DNA of 64,000 nt from Macrostomum lignano (taxonomy: Eukaryota): assembly GCA_002269645.1 (NCBI GenBank), contig NIVC01001804.1, positions 1-64,000 on the forward strand. The letters are read 5' to 3'. This document shows, in pieces, positions 10,941-22,467 of the stretch. The notes under the pieces are model-generated. The model ran no database searches. It was given only the letters and a program-made list of their open reading frames with translations, and was not told the DNA's origin. Position 1 is the first letter of the stretch, and the number at the start of each line of letters is the position of its first letter. Both the position numbers and the translations under genes were made by a program.

Positions 10941-13900
10941 ACTATCTATCTATCCATCCATCTATCTATATATCTATCTAACTATCTATCATTGTTTAGT
11001 CCTTTAAAGCCTGTGCTCTAAGATTACGAACTTACAGACCAGTACAAGTCACAGATACTAAAATAATAAGATAGGCCACTCAGGCAATTAAAACAGCTGT
11101 CAACTTTCAGTTCACTAGCAAATAAGAATACATCAGCTATTTTATATAAAAGGCAATATAGCTCGTAATAAGAATTGGGGCGTGGTGGGGGGTTGTGTGG
11201 AAAGGCGCGTTTTGGAGGGTTTAGGCTGGGGGGTAAGAGCCAATAAAATGAGCCTTGACTTTAAAAATATATTAAAATACTTCTGTTTATCTTACTACTC
11301 AACTGAAAGTAGCTTACACGCAAATAAGATGAGTGGCCTATCTAGTTATTCCAGTATCTGTGGTACAATCTAGCATTTTCTGTGGAATATGAAAACAACC
11401 GAGTGTGCTTACAACTACTACAGACAATAATTCAGAACTCACTCAACCGCGGTCTCGTCGAGACATTGCAGCTTGGCCAGGCAGCAGGCCTGAGTCTGCC
11501 TGAGTCGCAGAAACTCCAAAAGCAACAGAAAAGCCGGCTTAACAAGGCTGTAGGCCCGCTGCAGTGTGAGGTATCAATGGATAGTAGATGTGGGGTTTAA
11601 AAATGTGACAAGACAGTTATTACTCAAATACAAAATATCTAATAACAGTTATTACCCGTTCAAACTCGGACAGCGGCATATTGGGGCAGCAGTAGCCAAG
11701 GGAGTCCGTGACAAACTTTGCTGTGGACTTGAACAGCGGCACCAGCTGAGCGTACGGCCCCGTGCATCCGCCTGCGGTAGGGCGGTTTTTCAAGTCATCA
11801 ATTATCTGCGTGCTCCCTTATTATAGAATAGAAGAATTCTAATTTTCACCACATTTTATCACATTCATCCGCCCTATAATATCACCTTTATCTGCCCCCT
11901 AGAATCACCTTCATCCGCCCTCTAATCACCTTCATTTGACCTCCAATCACCTTCATCCGCCCTTTTATCATCTACAACATCACCTTCATTCCCCATCCCC
12001 AAATAACCTTCATCCTCCCTCTTATCACCTGTATCCGCTCTCTAATCACCTTCATCCGCCCTCTAATCCCCTTCATCCGCTCTCTAATCACCTTCCTCTA
12101 AAATCGCTGCCATCCGCCCTCTAGAATCGCTGCCATCCGCCCTCTAAAATCACTGCCATCCGCCCTCTAGAATCGCTGCAGAATCACTGCCATCCGCCCT
12201 CTAGAATCGCTGCCATCCGCCCTCTAGAATCGCTGCCATCCGCCCTCTAGAATCGCTGCAGAATCGCTGCCATCCGCCCGGCAGAATCGCTGCCATCCAC
12301 CCTCTAGAATCGCTGCAGAATCGCTGCCATCCGCCCGGCAGAATCGCTGCCATGCAATCCTCACCTTCCCACACGGAGCAGGAGAAGGTCTGCAGTCGAA
12401 GTTCATCAGCAGATTCCAGATTCCCACCGTGAACCTGACTGCGGTTGGCACCTGTAGCATCTTCATCCTGCCTGTTAGGTGTCTGTCCATCACCGTCATC
12501 AGTCTCCATTGGCTGCAGCAGTTTGCAGTGAACCAGCAATCGGCTGTGCAGGTATTTCAGAGTCACACGCGGCGGAGACTCAGTCACAGCGTACTGGACT
12601 GTGTAGAAGCTGTTGGGTGTTGGCGTTGGCTATTGGTATGGGTTGATTGGCAAATGCATGAGGTAACAAAAGTGCATCTAGCTCGTACAGAGGCCAACAG
12701 GTGAGCAGTGACAGAAGCCTAAAATCACAGGTGAGCAGTGACAGAAGCCTAAAATCACAGGTGAGCAGTGACAGAAGCCTAAAATCACAGGTGAGCAGTG
12801 ACAGAAGACTAAAATCACAGGTGAGCAGTGACAGAAGACTAAAATCACAGGTGAGAATTGACAGATGCCTAAAATCACAGGTGAGAATTGACAGATGCCT
12901 AAAATCACAGGTGAGAATTGACAGATGCCTAAAATCACAGGTGAGCAGTGACAGAAGCCTAAAATCACAGGTGAGCAGTGACAGAAGACTAAAATCACAG
13001 GTGAGCAGTGACAGAAGCCTAAAATCACAGGTGAGAATTGACAGGTGAGCAGTGACAGAAGACTAAAATCACAGGTGAGCAGTGACAGAAGACTAAAATC
13101 ACAGGTGAGCAGTGACAGAAGACTAAAATCACAGGTGAGAATTGACAGATGCCTAAAATCACAGGTGAGCAGTGACAGATGCCTAAAATCACAGGTGAGC
13201 AGTGAAAGAAGCCTAAAATCACAGGTGAGCAGTGACAGAAGCCTAAAATCACAGGTGAGCAGTGACAGAAGCCTAAAATCACAGGTGAGCATTAGGTAGG
13301 CAGAGGCGCCCAAACTTACGCGCAGTGAGTCAGGAAACTGAAATCAATCCTGGAAGAAGCGGATTCGGCAACAAAGGAATCAGCAGCGGCGGTGCAGCAG
13401 GACGAGTCCAGACGCTGGCGCCGGCCTGGCTGGTGCAGAGACTGCTCAACCATGGCCTCAGCTTGAGCAGAGTACAGAGCGGCAGCTATGAGGCACTTGC
13501 TCTTGTCCATGAGGCACTGTCGCATGCGGCGGCGTACTGAAATATTTTTTTAGTATATGTACATCAATAAATATTCGGTATGCGAGGCCGTAGCCCAAGA
13601 GCGCCAACTCCCAAGGCACAGTGTAGTGTGCATGCCGAACGATAAATCAAGTCAAGGGGCCGCTGTACACTCCCGTGTGAGTGTGTGCCTGTGCGTATGA
13701 CTGCGTACGTATCCGCGCGCTGATTCTATAACTCGAGCGACTCTGGCACGCCTCAGGCAATAAAACATATCTAAAAATTCTCATTACTCACAGTTAACTA
13801 ATCGCTGCTTCCTTTGAGTTCTCGGATCGAGGTACCGAGCTCGAACCCCGACTAGAATCTGCTTCATCAGCTTGTCGGCAATCTCGCTGGCGGCCTCGCC

Positions 13901-16900
13901 AAGCCGACGACGGTAAATGGCAAGCAGGGCGGACTCGTCCAGCTGCTCATCCTGCTGCTGCACACTGCTCAGAGCCACGTCAGCCTGACAGCGCTCCAGC
14001 TCCAGTTTCAGACGGTTCAGTAGGATGTTCTTGAACCTGGGCGGCAGAGGTTGGCACAGCTGCCGCAGGCTGGCTATCAGCTCTGCGCCAACCCCAGCCT
14101 GCTCAGCTTCGAAGCCGGCAAAGAAGCTGAAGCTGGCCAGCCGCATCAGCTCATCTACGGTGCCGCTGGATTTCGAGTAATTCCCTGCCGCCAACTGACC
14201 GCACCGGAGCGGCAGCAGCGGTGACGCGTCCAGGGAGTCGGCGGCGCCGGCGCCCGAGGCTTCGTGCTGCTGGCGCAAAAACGACGGGGTGGCGACGAAG
14301 TTGCCGGACAAAGACCTGAGGTGGCTCGGCGTGGCCACTTGGGAGGACGGCGACAAAGACTTGAGGTGGCTGGGCGTGGCGACTTGGGCGGACGGCGACA
14401 AAAACTTGAGGTGGCTGGGCGTGGCGACTTGGGCGGACGCCGACAAAGACTTGAGGTGGCTGGGCGTGGCGACTTGGGCGGACGGCGACAAAGACTTGAG
14501 GTGGCTGGGCGTGGCGACTTGGGCGGACGGCGACAAAGACTTCAGGTGGCTGGGCGTGGCGACTTGGGCGGACGGCGACAAAGACTTCAGGTGGCTGGGC
14601 GTGGCGACTTGGTTGTGCGGCGCCAAGGGCTCGAGACTTCGTCTGTTAAGTTCGATTGGGTTAAAAGAATGCGCGACGTGACATCTCGTTATCGTGGTTA
14701 TCAGCAGCTCGAGGCTTAGATAAATTGAAGCTGCAATAGAAAATTCTAATATCCAAGATTTCTGAATGCCAGTCCCAGAATGAGCCCCCAGTCCCTAATC
14801 CCAGTGTCCCCAGATCCGGAATCCCAGTGTCCCCAGATCCGGAATCCCAGTGTCCCCAGATCCGGAATCCCAGTGTCCCCAGATCCGGAATCCCAGTGTC
14901 CCCAGATCCGGAATCCCAGTGTCCCCAGATCCGGAATCCCAGTGTCCCCAGATCCGGAATCCCAGTGTCCCCAGATCCGGAATCCCAGTGTCCCCAGATC
15001 CGGAATCCCAGTGTCCCCAGATCCGGAGTCCCAGTGCCCCAGATCCAAAATCCCAGTGTCCCCAGATCCGGAATCCCAGTGTCCCCAGATCCAAAATCCT
15101 AGTGTCCCCAGATCTCGGATCCCGAGTCGATCCAGAATCCGAGTCCCCGCAGATCCCGAGTCCCCAGATCCCGAACCCCTAGAGTCCCCAGATCCCAAAT
15201 CCGAGTCCCCAGATCCTGAACCCCCAGAGTCCCCAGATCCCGAATCCTAAAGTCTACATAACCAATCGAATAGTGCAGTAACACAATCACAACAATAGAA
15301 GCTTCTCACCCAGAGCTCAGCGACATGTGAGTAGCGGCATTAGCCGGAGCTGAGCACGCAGCTGTGAAGCGAATAATTTTAGTGGACGCGGAGGGTGGCG
15401 ACTCGTGGCCGGCGTCCAGCTGCATGCTTTCGCCGCTGTCTTGGCCAGCTGTCATTGTCGGCGGATCATCGACACAGTAAGTGGCGTTCGCTTGTTGAAC
15501 TGGCGGCGAATCTACCAGCTTTTTCTGATTTGCTGCTGCAGCAGGCTGGGCGGCCTCGACCTCCACTGGATCGGAGCCCGAGCTGCCAGCGCTGCCCGGC
15601 ACTGCTGGAAATGCCAGTTTTTTAATTATAGATAAAAATTTTCGCATTTGAGTAGAAATTGTTTCAAAAAGGAGTTGCAATTTTAAGAAACAATGTTTTC
15701 CGTTTTGTTTTCCAAGAAACGATGTTTTCCGTTTTATTTTCTAAGAAATAATGTTTTCCGTTGTGTTTTCTAAGAAACGATGTTTTCCGTTTTGTTTTCT
15801 AAGAAACGATGTTTTCCATTTTGTTTTCTAAGAAACAATATTTTCCGATTTGTTTTTTAAGAGACGATGTTTTCACTTGAAGTTTTGTTTTCTTAGAAAC
15901 GATGCTTAAGATTTGATCTCGAAGAAACGATGTTTCCCGTTTTGTTTTGTAAGAAATGAAGTTTTGTATTTTGGTTTCTAAGAAACGATGTTTCCTGTTT
16001 TGTTTTCTAAGAAACGATGCTTGACATTTCTAAGAAATGAAATTTTCCGTTTCTGTTCGATATCCTGTTATGCTTTCGAAGAAACAAAACTATATGTTTT
16101 TTCGAGAATTAAAATTTTCCGTTTCACTTAAGTTATCGTAGCATGGTAGCGGTCAAGGAACTAGCGAACCGTTTTGAAAATGCGCTGATTGCCTAAGTCA
16201 GGAAGCCATGGCCAGTATACCAGAAAATAATATTTCAATAATTTACCCACAACTTACAGTCAGACGCCTGAGGAGAGCCCTGCTGAGCAGCAGCCACAAT
16301 GCTCATGCTGTCAGAGTCGCCAAACAGAGACCGCTCGATCTGGGCCAATATGGACGAGTCGGCGGCGGGAGGCGCCCGACGAGGTGACACCGCCGTGCAG
16401 GTGGCGTGGAACAGCTCTTCCAGTTCGCGGCATCGCTCCAGCACCGAGTCATTGCCTGTGTTGCCATTGGATACAGTTTGAACTGGGGGCTTCTGCTTTG
16501 GCTCAGGCTGCTGCTGCTCAGGCTGAGGCTCGTCTGGCGATATAATTAGCGACTCGTCATCATATCCTGCCAGGTGACTGACCGTGAATCTGCGTTTGAA
16601 ATTCATACTGAGATGTGATGATCGCATTGAGTGAGTAGAACACATGGGGTTGTATTGGGCTGAAATAAGGCTTATTGCTGCAAACCAAAGGTCACGGATA
16701 TGGTCATTGGGTCATGCTAGAGACAGGGGGTCAGTGGGACTTATACCGTAATAGTGCAGTTACGGTCATAAACTGAGGCCAGGTGGGTCATATATTGAGG
16801 TCAGGTGGTCTTTTACTGACGTCAGGGGGTCATATACTGAGGCCAGGTGGGTCGTATATTGAGGTCAGCCGGTCAGGGAGGTCATATACTGAGATCAGGT

Positions 16901-19428
16901 GGGTCATATATTGAGGTCAGGGAGGTCATATACTGAGATCAGGTGGGTCATATATTGAGGTCAGGGAGGTCATATACTGAGATCAGGTGGGTCATATATT
17001 GAGGTCAGGGAGGTCATATACTGAGATCAGGTGGGTCATAAACTGAGGTCAGGTGGGTCATATACTGCGATCAGGTGGGTCATACACTGCGATCAGGTGG
17101 GTCGTATATTGAGGTCAGGGAGGTCATATACTGAGATCAGGTGGGTCATAAACTGAGGCCAGGTGGGTCATATACTGCGATCAGGTGGGTCATATATTGA
17201 GGTCAGGGAGGTCATATACTGAGATCAGGTGGGTCATAAACTGAGGCCAGGTGGGTCATATACTGCGATCAGGTGGGTCATACACTGCGATCAGGTGGGT
17301 CGTATATTGAGGTCAGGGAGGTCATATACTGAGATCAGGTGGGTCATAAACTGAGGCCAGGTGGGTCATATACTGCGATCAGGTGGGTCATGCACTGCGA
17401 TCAGGTGGGTCGTATATTGAAGTCAGGAGGTCATGATACTGAGGTCAGAGGGGTCATATACAGAGGTCAGGGAGTCACGCTGATAGCTGGAGTCATTTTG
17501 AGGCTAATGGGTCATGCTGGAGCTAAGCAGGTCACACTGAGGCCACACTCACGATGAGGCCAATAAATAATGAAAGCACAATGACCGGTTAACTGAGGCC
17601 TGCAGCCCCAAATTGCAGTAAAGCAAATAACTACCTTGAAGACGGCTGCCCCAGCTGATGCTGATTGCAGAAATGCTGGCTGACGGTGGCCGCGGCCGAG
17701 GACGACGAGGTGATCAACGTCATGCTGCTGCCACTTGACGAGAAGCCAGCAGCAGCGGCACCGGTCGTGGCGGCGGCGGCGGACACAGCGGCGGTGGCGC
17801 AGCTGCTGGCAGCGAATGCGGTCACAGCAGCGACCATCTTCAAGGACTCCGAGCTGCTCGTGTCGGAGTAGTTTGGCATAGGCAGGATCCGCTCAGCCAG
17901 CTCGTGATGCAGCAGCTGGTGCATCTGGCCAATCAGCTGACTGGCGCAGCGCTGCATCCGCAGCTGCCGGGTGGCCTCGCCTCCATCGTCCTGACTGAAG
18001 TCGTCGTCTCCGTCGCCGACAACCTCGTTGTTGTCCTCGACGTCGGCATCGGCGAGCTGTGGAGCCTCGTCACCAGCTGCTGCCCGCTGGCTGTTGTCTG
18101 CGTCATCGCCGTGAGCGGCCAGATAGGCGGAGAAGTCGTCCTCGATGTTGGCGTCGGGACCTTCAGCGGTGATGTCGGATGGAACTTGCGGTTGCGGCAC
18201 CGGCTGCGGCGGCGCAGCTGCCGATGACATCGTGGTGATCTCCATAGCAACTGAGTCATAAAGGGTTCGATTCTCCGCCATTGCCGAAGCCTGAGCAGCC
18301 ATTGAGACGCTGGCGGTGCCGTCCGCAGACTGCAGGGTGAGCATGTCGGACTCCTTGATGAATTCCTTCACTTTGTAGGTGCGAGCGAAGCTCACTCGCT
18401 TTGAGCGGCTGCCAGCGCCGCCGCCTCCGCAGCCGTCGTTGAAGTCGTCTGGTATGATGTCATCTTCGTTCAGTGTGCGCTTCAGGATCTGCGTTCAGCG
18501 GTGGGCATGAGGCGCATTTGTCTTCGTTTTCACTCTCACCTGCTTGTCTGCACCACTACCTGTCTGCTTGCCTGCATCTCTACCTGTCTGCTTCCCTGCA
18601 CCTCTACCTGTCTGTTTCCCTGCACCTCTACCTGTCTGCTTCCCTGCACCTCTACCTGTCTGCCTGCTTCCCTGCACCTCTACCTGTCTGTTTCCCTGCA
18701 CCTCTACCTGTCTGTTTCCCTGCACCTCTACCTGTCTGCTTCCCTGCACCTCTACCTGTCTGTTTCCCTGCACCTCTACCTGTCTGCTTCCCTGCACCTC
18801 TACCTGTCTGTTTCCCTGCACCTCTACCTGTCTCTTCCCTGCACCTCTACCTGTCTGCTTCCCTGCACCTCTACCTGTCTGTTTCCCTGCACCTCTACCT
18901 GTCTGCTTCCCTGCACCTCTACCTGTCTGTTTCCCTGCACCTCTACCTGTCTGCTTCCCTGCACCTCTACCTGTCTGTTTCCCTGCACCTCTACCTGTCT
19001 GCTTCCCTGCACCTCTACCTGCCTGCTTCCCTGCACCTCTACCTGTCTGTTTCCCTGCACCTCTACCTGTCTGCTTCCCTGCATCACTACCTGTCTGCTT
19101 CCCCACTTGTCTACCTGTCTGCTTCCCCACTTGTCTACCTGTCTGCTTTCCCACTTGTCTACCTGTCTGCTTCCCTGCATCTATACCTGTCTGGTTCCCT
19201 GCATGACTACCTGTCTGGTTCCTTGCATCACTACCTGTCTGGTTCCCTGCATCACTACCTGTCTACTTACCTGCATCTCTCTGCTTCCCCACTTGTCTAC
19301 CTGTCTGCTTCCCCACTTGTCTACCTGCAATATATTGCAAAATATGTACATAGAAAAACACTTACAGATGATCTGGATCGCTTCTGAGTGCGAGTCTTAG
19401 TTGTTGCATAAGGTACTAGATTTGACAT
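9382..19428 (-). CDS. KNL1: KNL1/Spc105/CASC5-like outer-kinetochore scaffold, 11 exons, ~1150 aa
   Basis: Predicted exons (minus): 19428-19366, 18488-17635, 16589-16258, 15604-15310, 14642-13792, 13536-13320, 12609-12365, 11771-11656, 11558-11443, 10410-10159, 9493-9382. All introns are GT-AG with matching phases and the joined 3453 nt is stop-free. The N-terminus [21 protein letters not shown]|ILKRT...[17 protein letters not shown] carries the SILK and RVSF PP1-docking motifs. It is followed by [11 protein letters not shown] (MELT-like), a low-complexity middle, a helical region and a beta-rich C-terminus compatible with tandem RWD folds. Some acceptors have in-phase alternatives. Confidence 0.82.
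9566..10140. repeat. 46-bp minisatellite (~12 copies) in the last KNL1 intron
   Basis: Unit aatcatgagtcacaatgacccagtgactggttacagcatggtgctc, nearly invariant. Confidence 0.92.
10420..10990. repeat. Compound (GTCT)n followed by (TATC)n microsatellites in a KNL1 intron
   Basis: GTCT runs 10420-10760 with interspersed gtgtcttcgtctgttgtgact spacers; TATC run ~10852-10990. Confidence 0.9.
11870..12350. repeat. ~21-23 bp minisatellite in a KNL1 intron
   Basis: aatcaccttcatccgccctct grading into agaatcgctgccatccgccctct. Confidence 0.85.
12698..13290. repeat. 30-bp minisatellite (~19 copies) in a KNL1 intron
   Basis: Unit aggtgagcagtgacagaagcctaaaatcac. Confidence 0.92.
13605..13700 (+). mobile_element. 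Interspersed repeat, copy 2 (inside KNL1 intron 5)
   Basis: cccaaggcacag...ggggccgctgtacactcccgtgtga is shared with 2630-2710. Confidence 0.5.
14290..14612 (-). repeat. 45-bp tandem repeat, probably coding ([15 protein letters not shown] x7 plus a partial copy) in KNL1 exon 5
   Basis: In frame and stop-free on the minus strand, with a unit length divisible by 3. Confidence 0.75.
14790..15248. repeat. 23-bp minisatellite in a KNL1 intron
   Basis: Unit cccagatccggaatcccagtgtc. Confidence 0.9.
15690..16060. repeat. ~29-bp degenerate minisatellite in a KNL1 intron
   Basis: Unit tttctaagaaacgatgttttccgttttgt. Confidence 0.8.
16770..17460. repeat. ~21-bp degenerate minisatellite in a KNL1 intron
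   Basis: Units such as ggtcatatactgagatcaggtg and ggtcatatattgaggtcaggga. Confidence 0.85.
18545..19328. repeat. 24-bp minisatellite filling KNL1 intron 1
   Basis: Unit ctacctgtctgcttccctgcacct. Confidence 0.92.
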
Positions 19429-20844
19429 CGCTGATTAATGTTTATCAGTGCTAAAAACAGTAATGAGAAATTTTGTCACTTAAGATTTTCTTTATCCAAG
19501 AGCAGTTAATAACAATGACATTGTTTTTGTCAGACAATACTATATATATAAAAATAAAGCATATATTTAAGTTTTTTGTCAAAATCATAATGCCATTTGG
19601 CATAATGACATCAAATTTGACAATTTGTTATGCCATTTTCAATTTTGACATGCCATTGGCATAAAATGTAAAATAACACTTTGTGAGCCCATATTACTGT
19701 TTCCTTTCAAGGTAATACTTGAACAAGTTTAAAAGCAAAACTAAAATTTGGAATTGGGAATTTAGCATTGGCAATTTGGCAATGGCATAATGGCAAAAAA
19801 TTGTTATGCCATTTTGGCATAAAAGCATCAAAATCATTATGCTCTTTTTTAATTTTGATAGCATGCCTATGACACAAAAAACCTAGGCATATATTAATAC
19901 AAAATCCAAATTAATAAAAAACAAAAAAACATGAAAATAGTTCTTAGACAAGACAAAAAAGCTTAGCTACTATATCAGCTTATAAAATAAGATATATAAT
20001 AAACAGTTATGATATCAGTTGAGAAAACTATATATGCCTAACCTTGGGAATCACATGGCCAGTTCTATTGGCAATATACACATGTAAATTGCTATTGGCT
20101 ATCATTTTACTTATTTTGTCTTGTGTGCTGCTAATAGAAACAGCCAAGTTAATTCTTAGGTTACAACCAAACATAGAGAAATCTCTATCATTAAGCAATA
20201 ATGAAAATAAACTTAGTAAATTGTCTTATATATTCTGTTGTACTTTTGACTCTCAGGAAGGATGCGCCTACAAGGGTCAGAGTATGCAGGCCCATGTTGG
20301 CCTGCGTTAGGGCACGAGTGTATACATGGGACCCTAAGTCTAGGCTCTGGGGTATCAGGATGCACCCAAGTGGCTGGCACACATGTAGGGACACTGATGT
20401 CAATCACCTTTAGCAGGGTATCAAGGTGCATGAGCTGGCATCTACATACAATGGGCTTAAAGTACAGGGTGGTCCCTGGCTGACTACCTAGCCTAGTCCC
20501 CCCTTGGCCCTTAGTTGGCCTTAGGACACACAAACTGCCCCTGCTATAGCCCCCAAAATGAAAGAGACAAGGCAGTGACTTACTTCATGTACAGCTTGCC
20601 TTTGTGCATGCGGTCAATTAATTGCAGCTGAAGTCTGTTCACAGCTAGCAGACATATGGCTATGGCATAGGCATAGAAGTTCAAAGAAAATTGGTTGAGT
20701 TGTTTTTTGCTGAAATCGATCACACACACATGCACACACACAGACAGACCCTATTTGGTATATGGATAAGGGATAAAAAAGCAAAAAATTACATATTTCT
20801 TGGCCTATTATTGTTTGGCAGATTGGTATGGGCATAGAAATTGT

Positions 20845-20975
20845 TTAAGTTTATTTTTTTATTAGAGGCAGGGGGTTGTGTGCACCCTGACGCACTTTTA
20901 AGTGACATAGGCACACAACCGGCGAGAGGCATTACTGCCCATTCCGCCGACTCCCCTGAGCAGGCACACAAGCGC
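20845..20975 (-). mobile_element. Interspersed repeat, copy 3 (3' part with A-rich tail)
   Basis: The reverse complement aligns by eye to 2715-2835. Confidence 0.55.
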
Positions 20976-21623
20976 GCGGATTGTTTAAGTTATACAAAAT
21001 TACAGAAAGTTATATAATAAATTGTTATTATAGAAGTGTCTTTTTGCAGAAATGAATATAACCCCATATAGTCGACTATAAAACATTTTTAGAACTTTAT
21101 AAGTTTATTACTTGACCAATTTTTATAAGTAAGGGGTCTTCATACTTATGCAAATGAGATTTATCAGATGAATTAGAAATATACAAAAAATAATAATCAA
21201 AATATCGCTCACAATCCTCATAGGCTAATGCTAGATAGATCTAAGCACGCGTCGCGAGTCCGTGTTCTACTTGGCATGTTTCTAGGATTTGAATTTTTAC
21301 TTTTTTTTAACATAGAAAAACAACTTTATTACTTTTAGTGTGTACCACAAATTTCTTTCACTGACCCATTAAAAATTTTAGAATAAATAATTTTTTGCTT
21401 TACAAAGCATTATAAAAAATAAAATAATGATCATACCTTTATATCGAAGAGTTGGGGTTTAATTTAAAAATACTGCATCATTTTTAAAGCGCTTTAAATA
21501 AACTTTAAAAGTGTACACTGAGCAAAGCTTCAGACAAAGCAAATATACTCTTAAGACATATGAAACGAGTCTATTGATTTGCATCACAATAATTTTGAAT
21601 GCCTCTCAATGGCTAGGCCTAGT

Positions 21624-22110
21624 TATAATATCGTTATATTGCTTATTCATCTTCTAAAATTAAAGTTATTCATCTACCATTCTTACCATAGTTATTCATT
21701 TAACAACTATTTTAGATTATAATATTTTTATAACTTCTAGCTTAAACTAAATTTGTGTCTTCTTAAAGCAATTTAATATTATTAATAAAATAGCTTAGTC
21801 CTAATTAATCCAGTATTTAATTAATTTGTTTTATTAAAATTAATTATGATTAGATTATCCTATTTATTATAATATCGTTATATTGCTTATTCATCTATTC
21901 TATAATTAAGGTTATTCATCTTACCATTATTATAATAGTTATTCATTCAACAACTATTTTAAATTATAATATTTTTATCACTTCTAGCTTAAATTTGATT
22001 TTGTATACTTCCTAAAACAATTTAATTCTATAAAATAGCTTAGTCCTAATTAATCCATGAATTAATTAATTGGTTTTATTAAAATTAATATTGATTAGAT
22101 TATCCTATTT
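21624..22110. repeat. AT-rich ~243-bp tandem duplication upstream of the semaphorin ATG
   Basis: tataatatcgttatattgcttattcatc...ttagattatcctattt occurs twice, starting at ~21624 and ~21867. Confidence 0.8.
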
Positions 22111-22467
22111 AAGAAATAAATAGCCAAGACTATATTTTAGATTTTTCTATAACCAAAATTTTCTTGTATTGATATCTGTATCTAGACTATAGCTAATTAA
22201 CTCATGTAGTAACTTTCTATAACTATTGACAATATAAAATCCAATGGCAGCAAGTCCTATATCATCATTAAGTATGGAGTTTAAGAAAGTTAAGAATGAT
22301 TTAAATTTCATTTAAATTTAGTGTACAAAAAACTATATTCATTTTAGCTTTAGCCCTAGCCCCCTAACCAGGGAGAGATTCAAAATCTCTGTTGCTTGAG
22401 TTATCTTAATATATGAATAAGTTATAACATTTTCAGATATGAGTTATCAACAGAAATGGATTAAATA

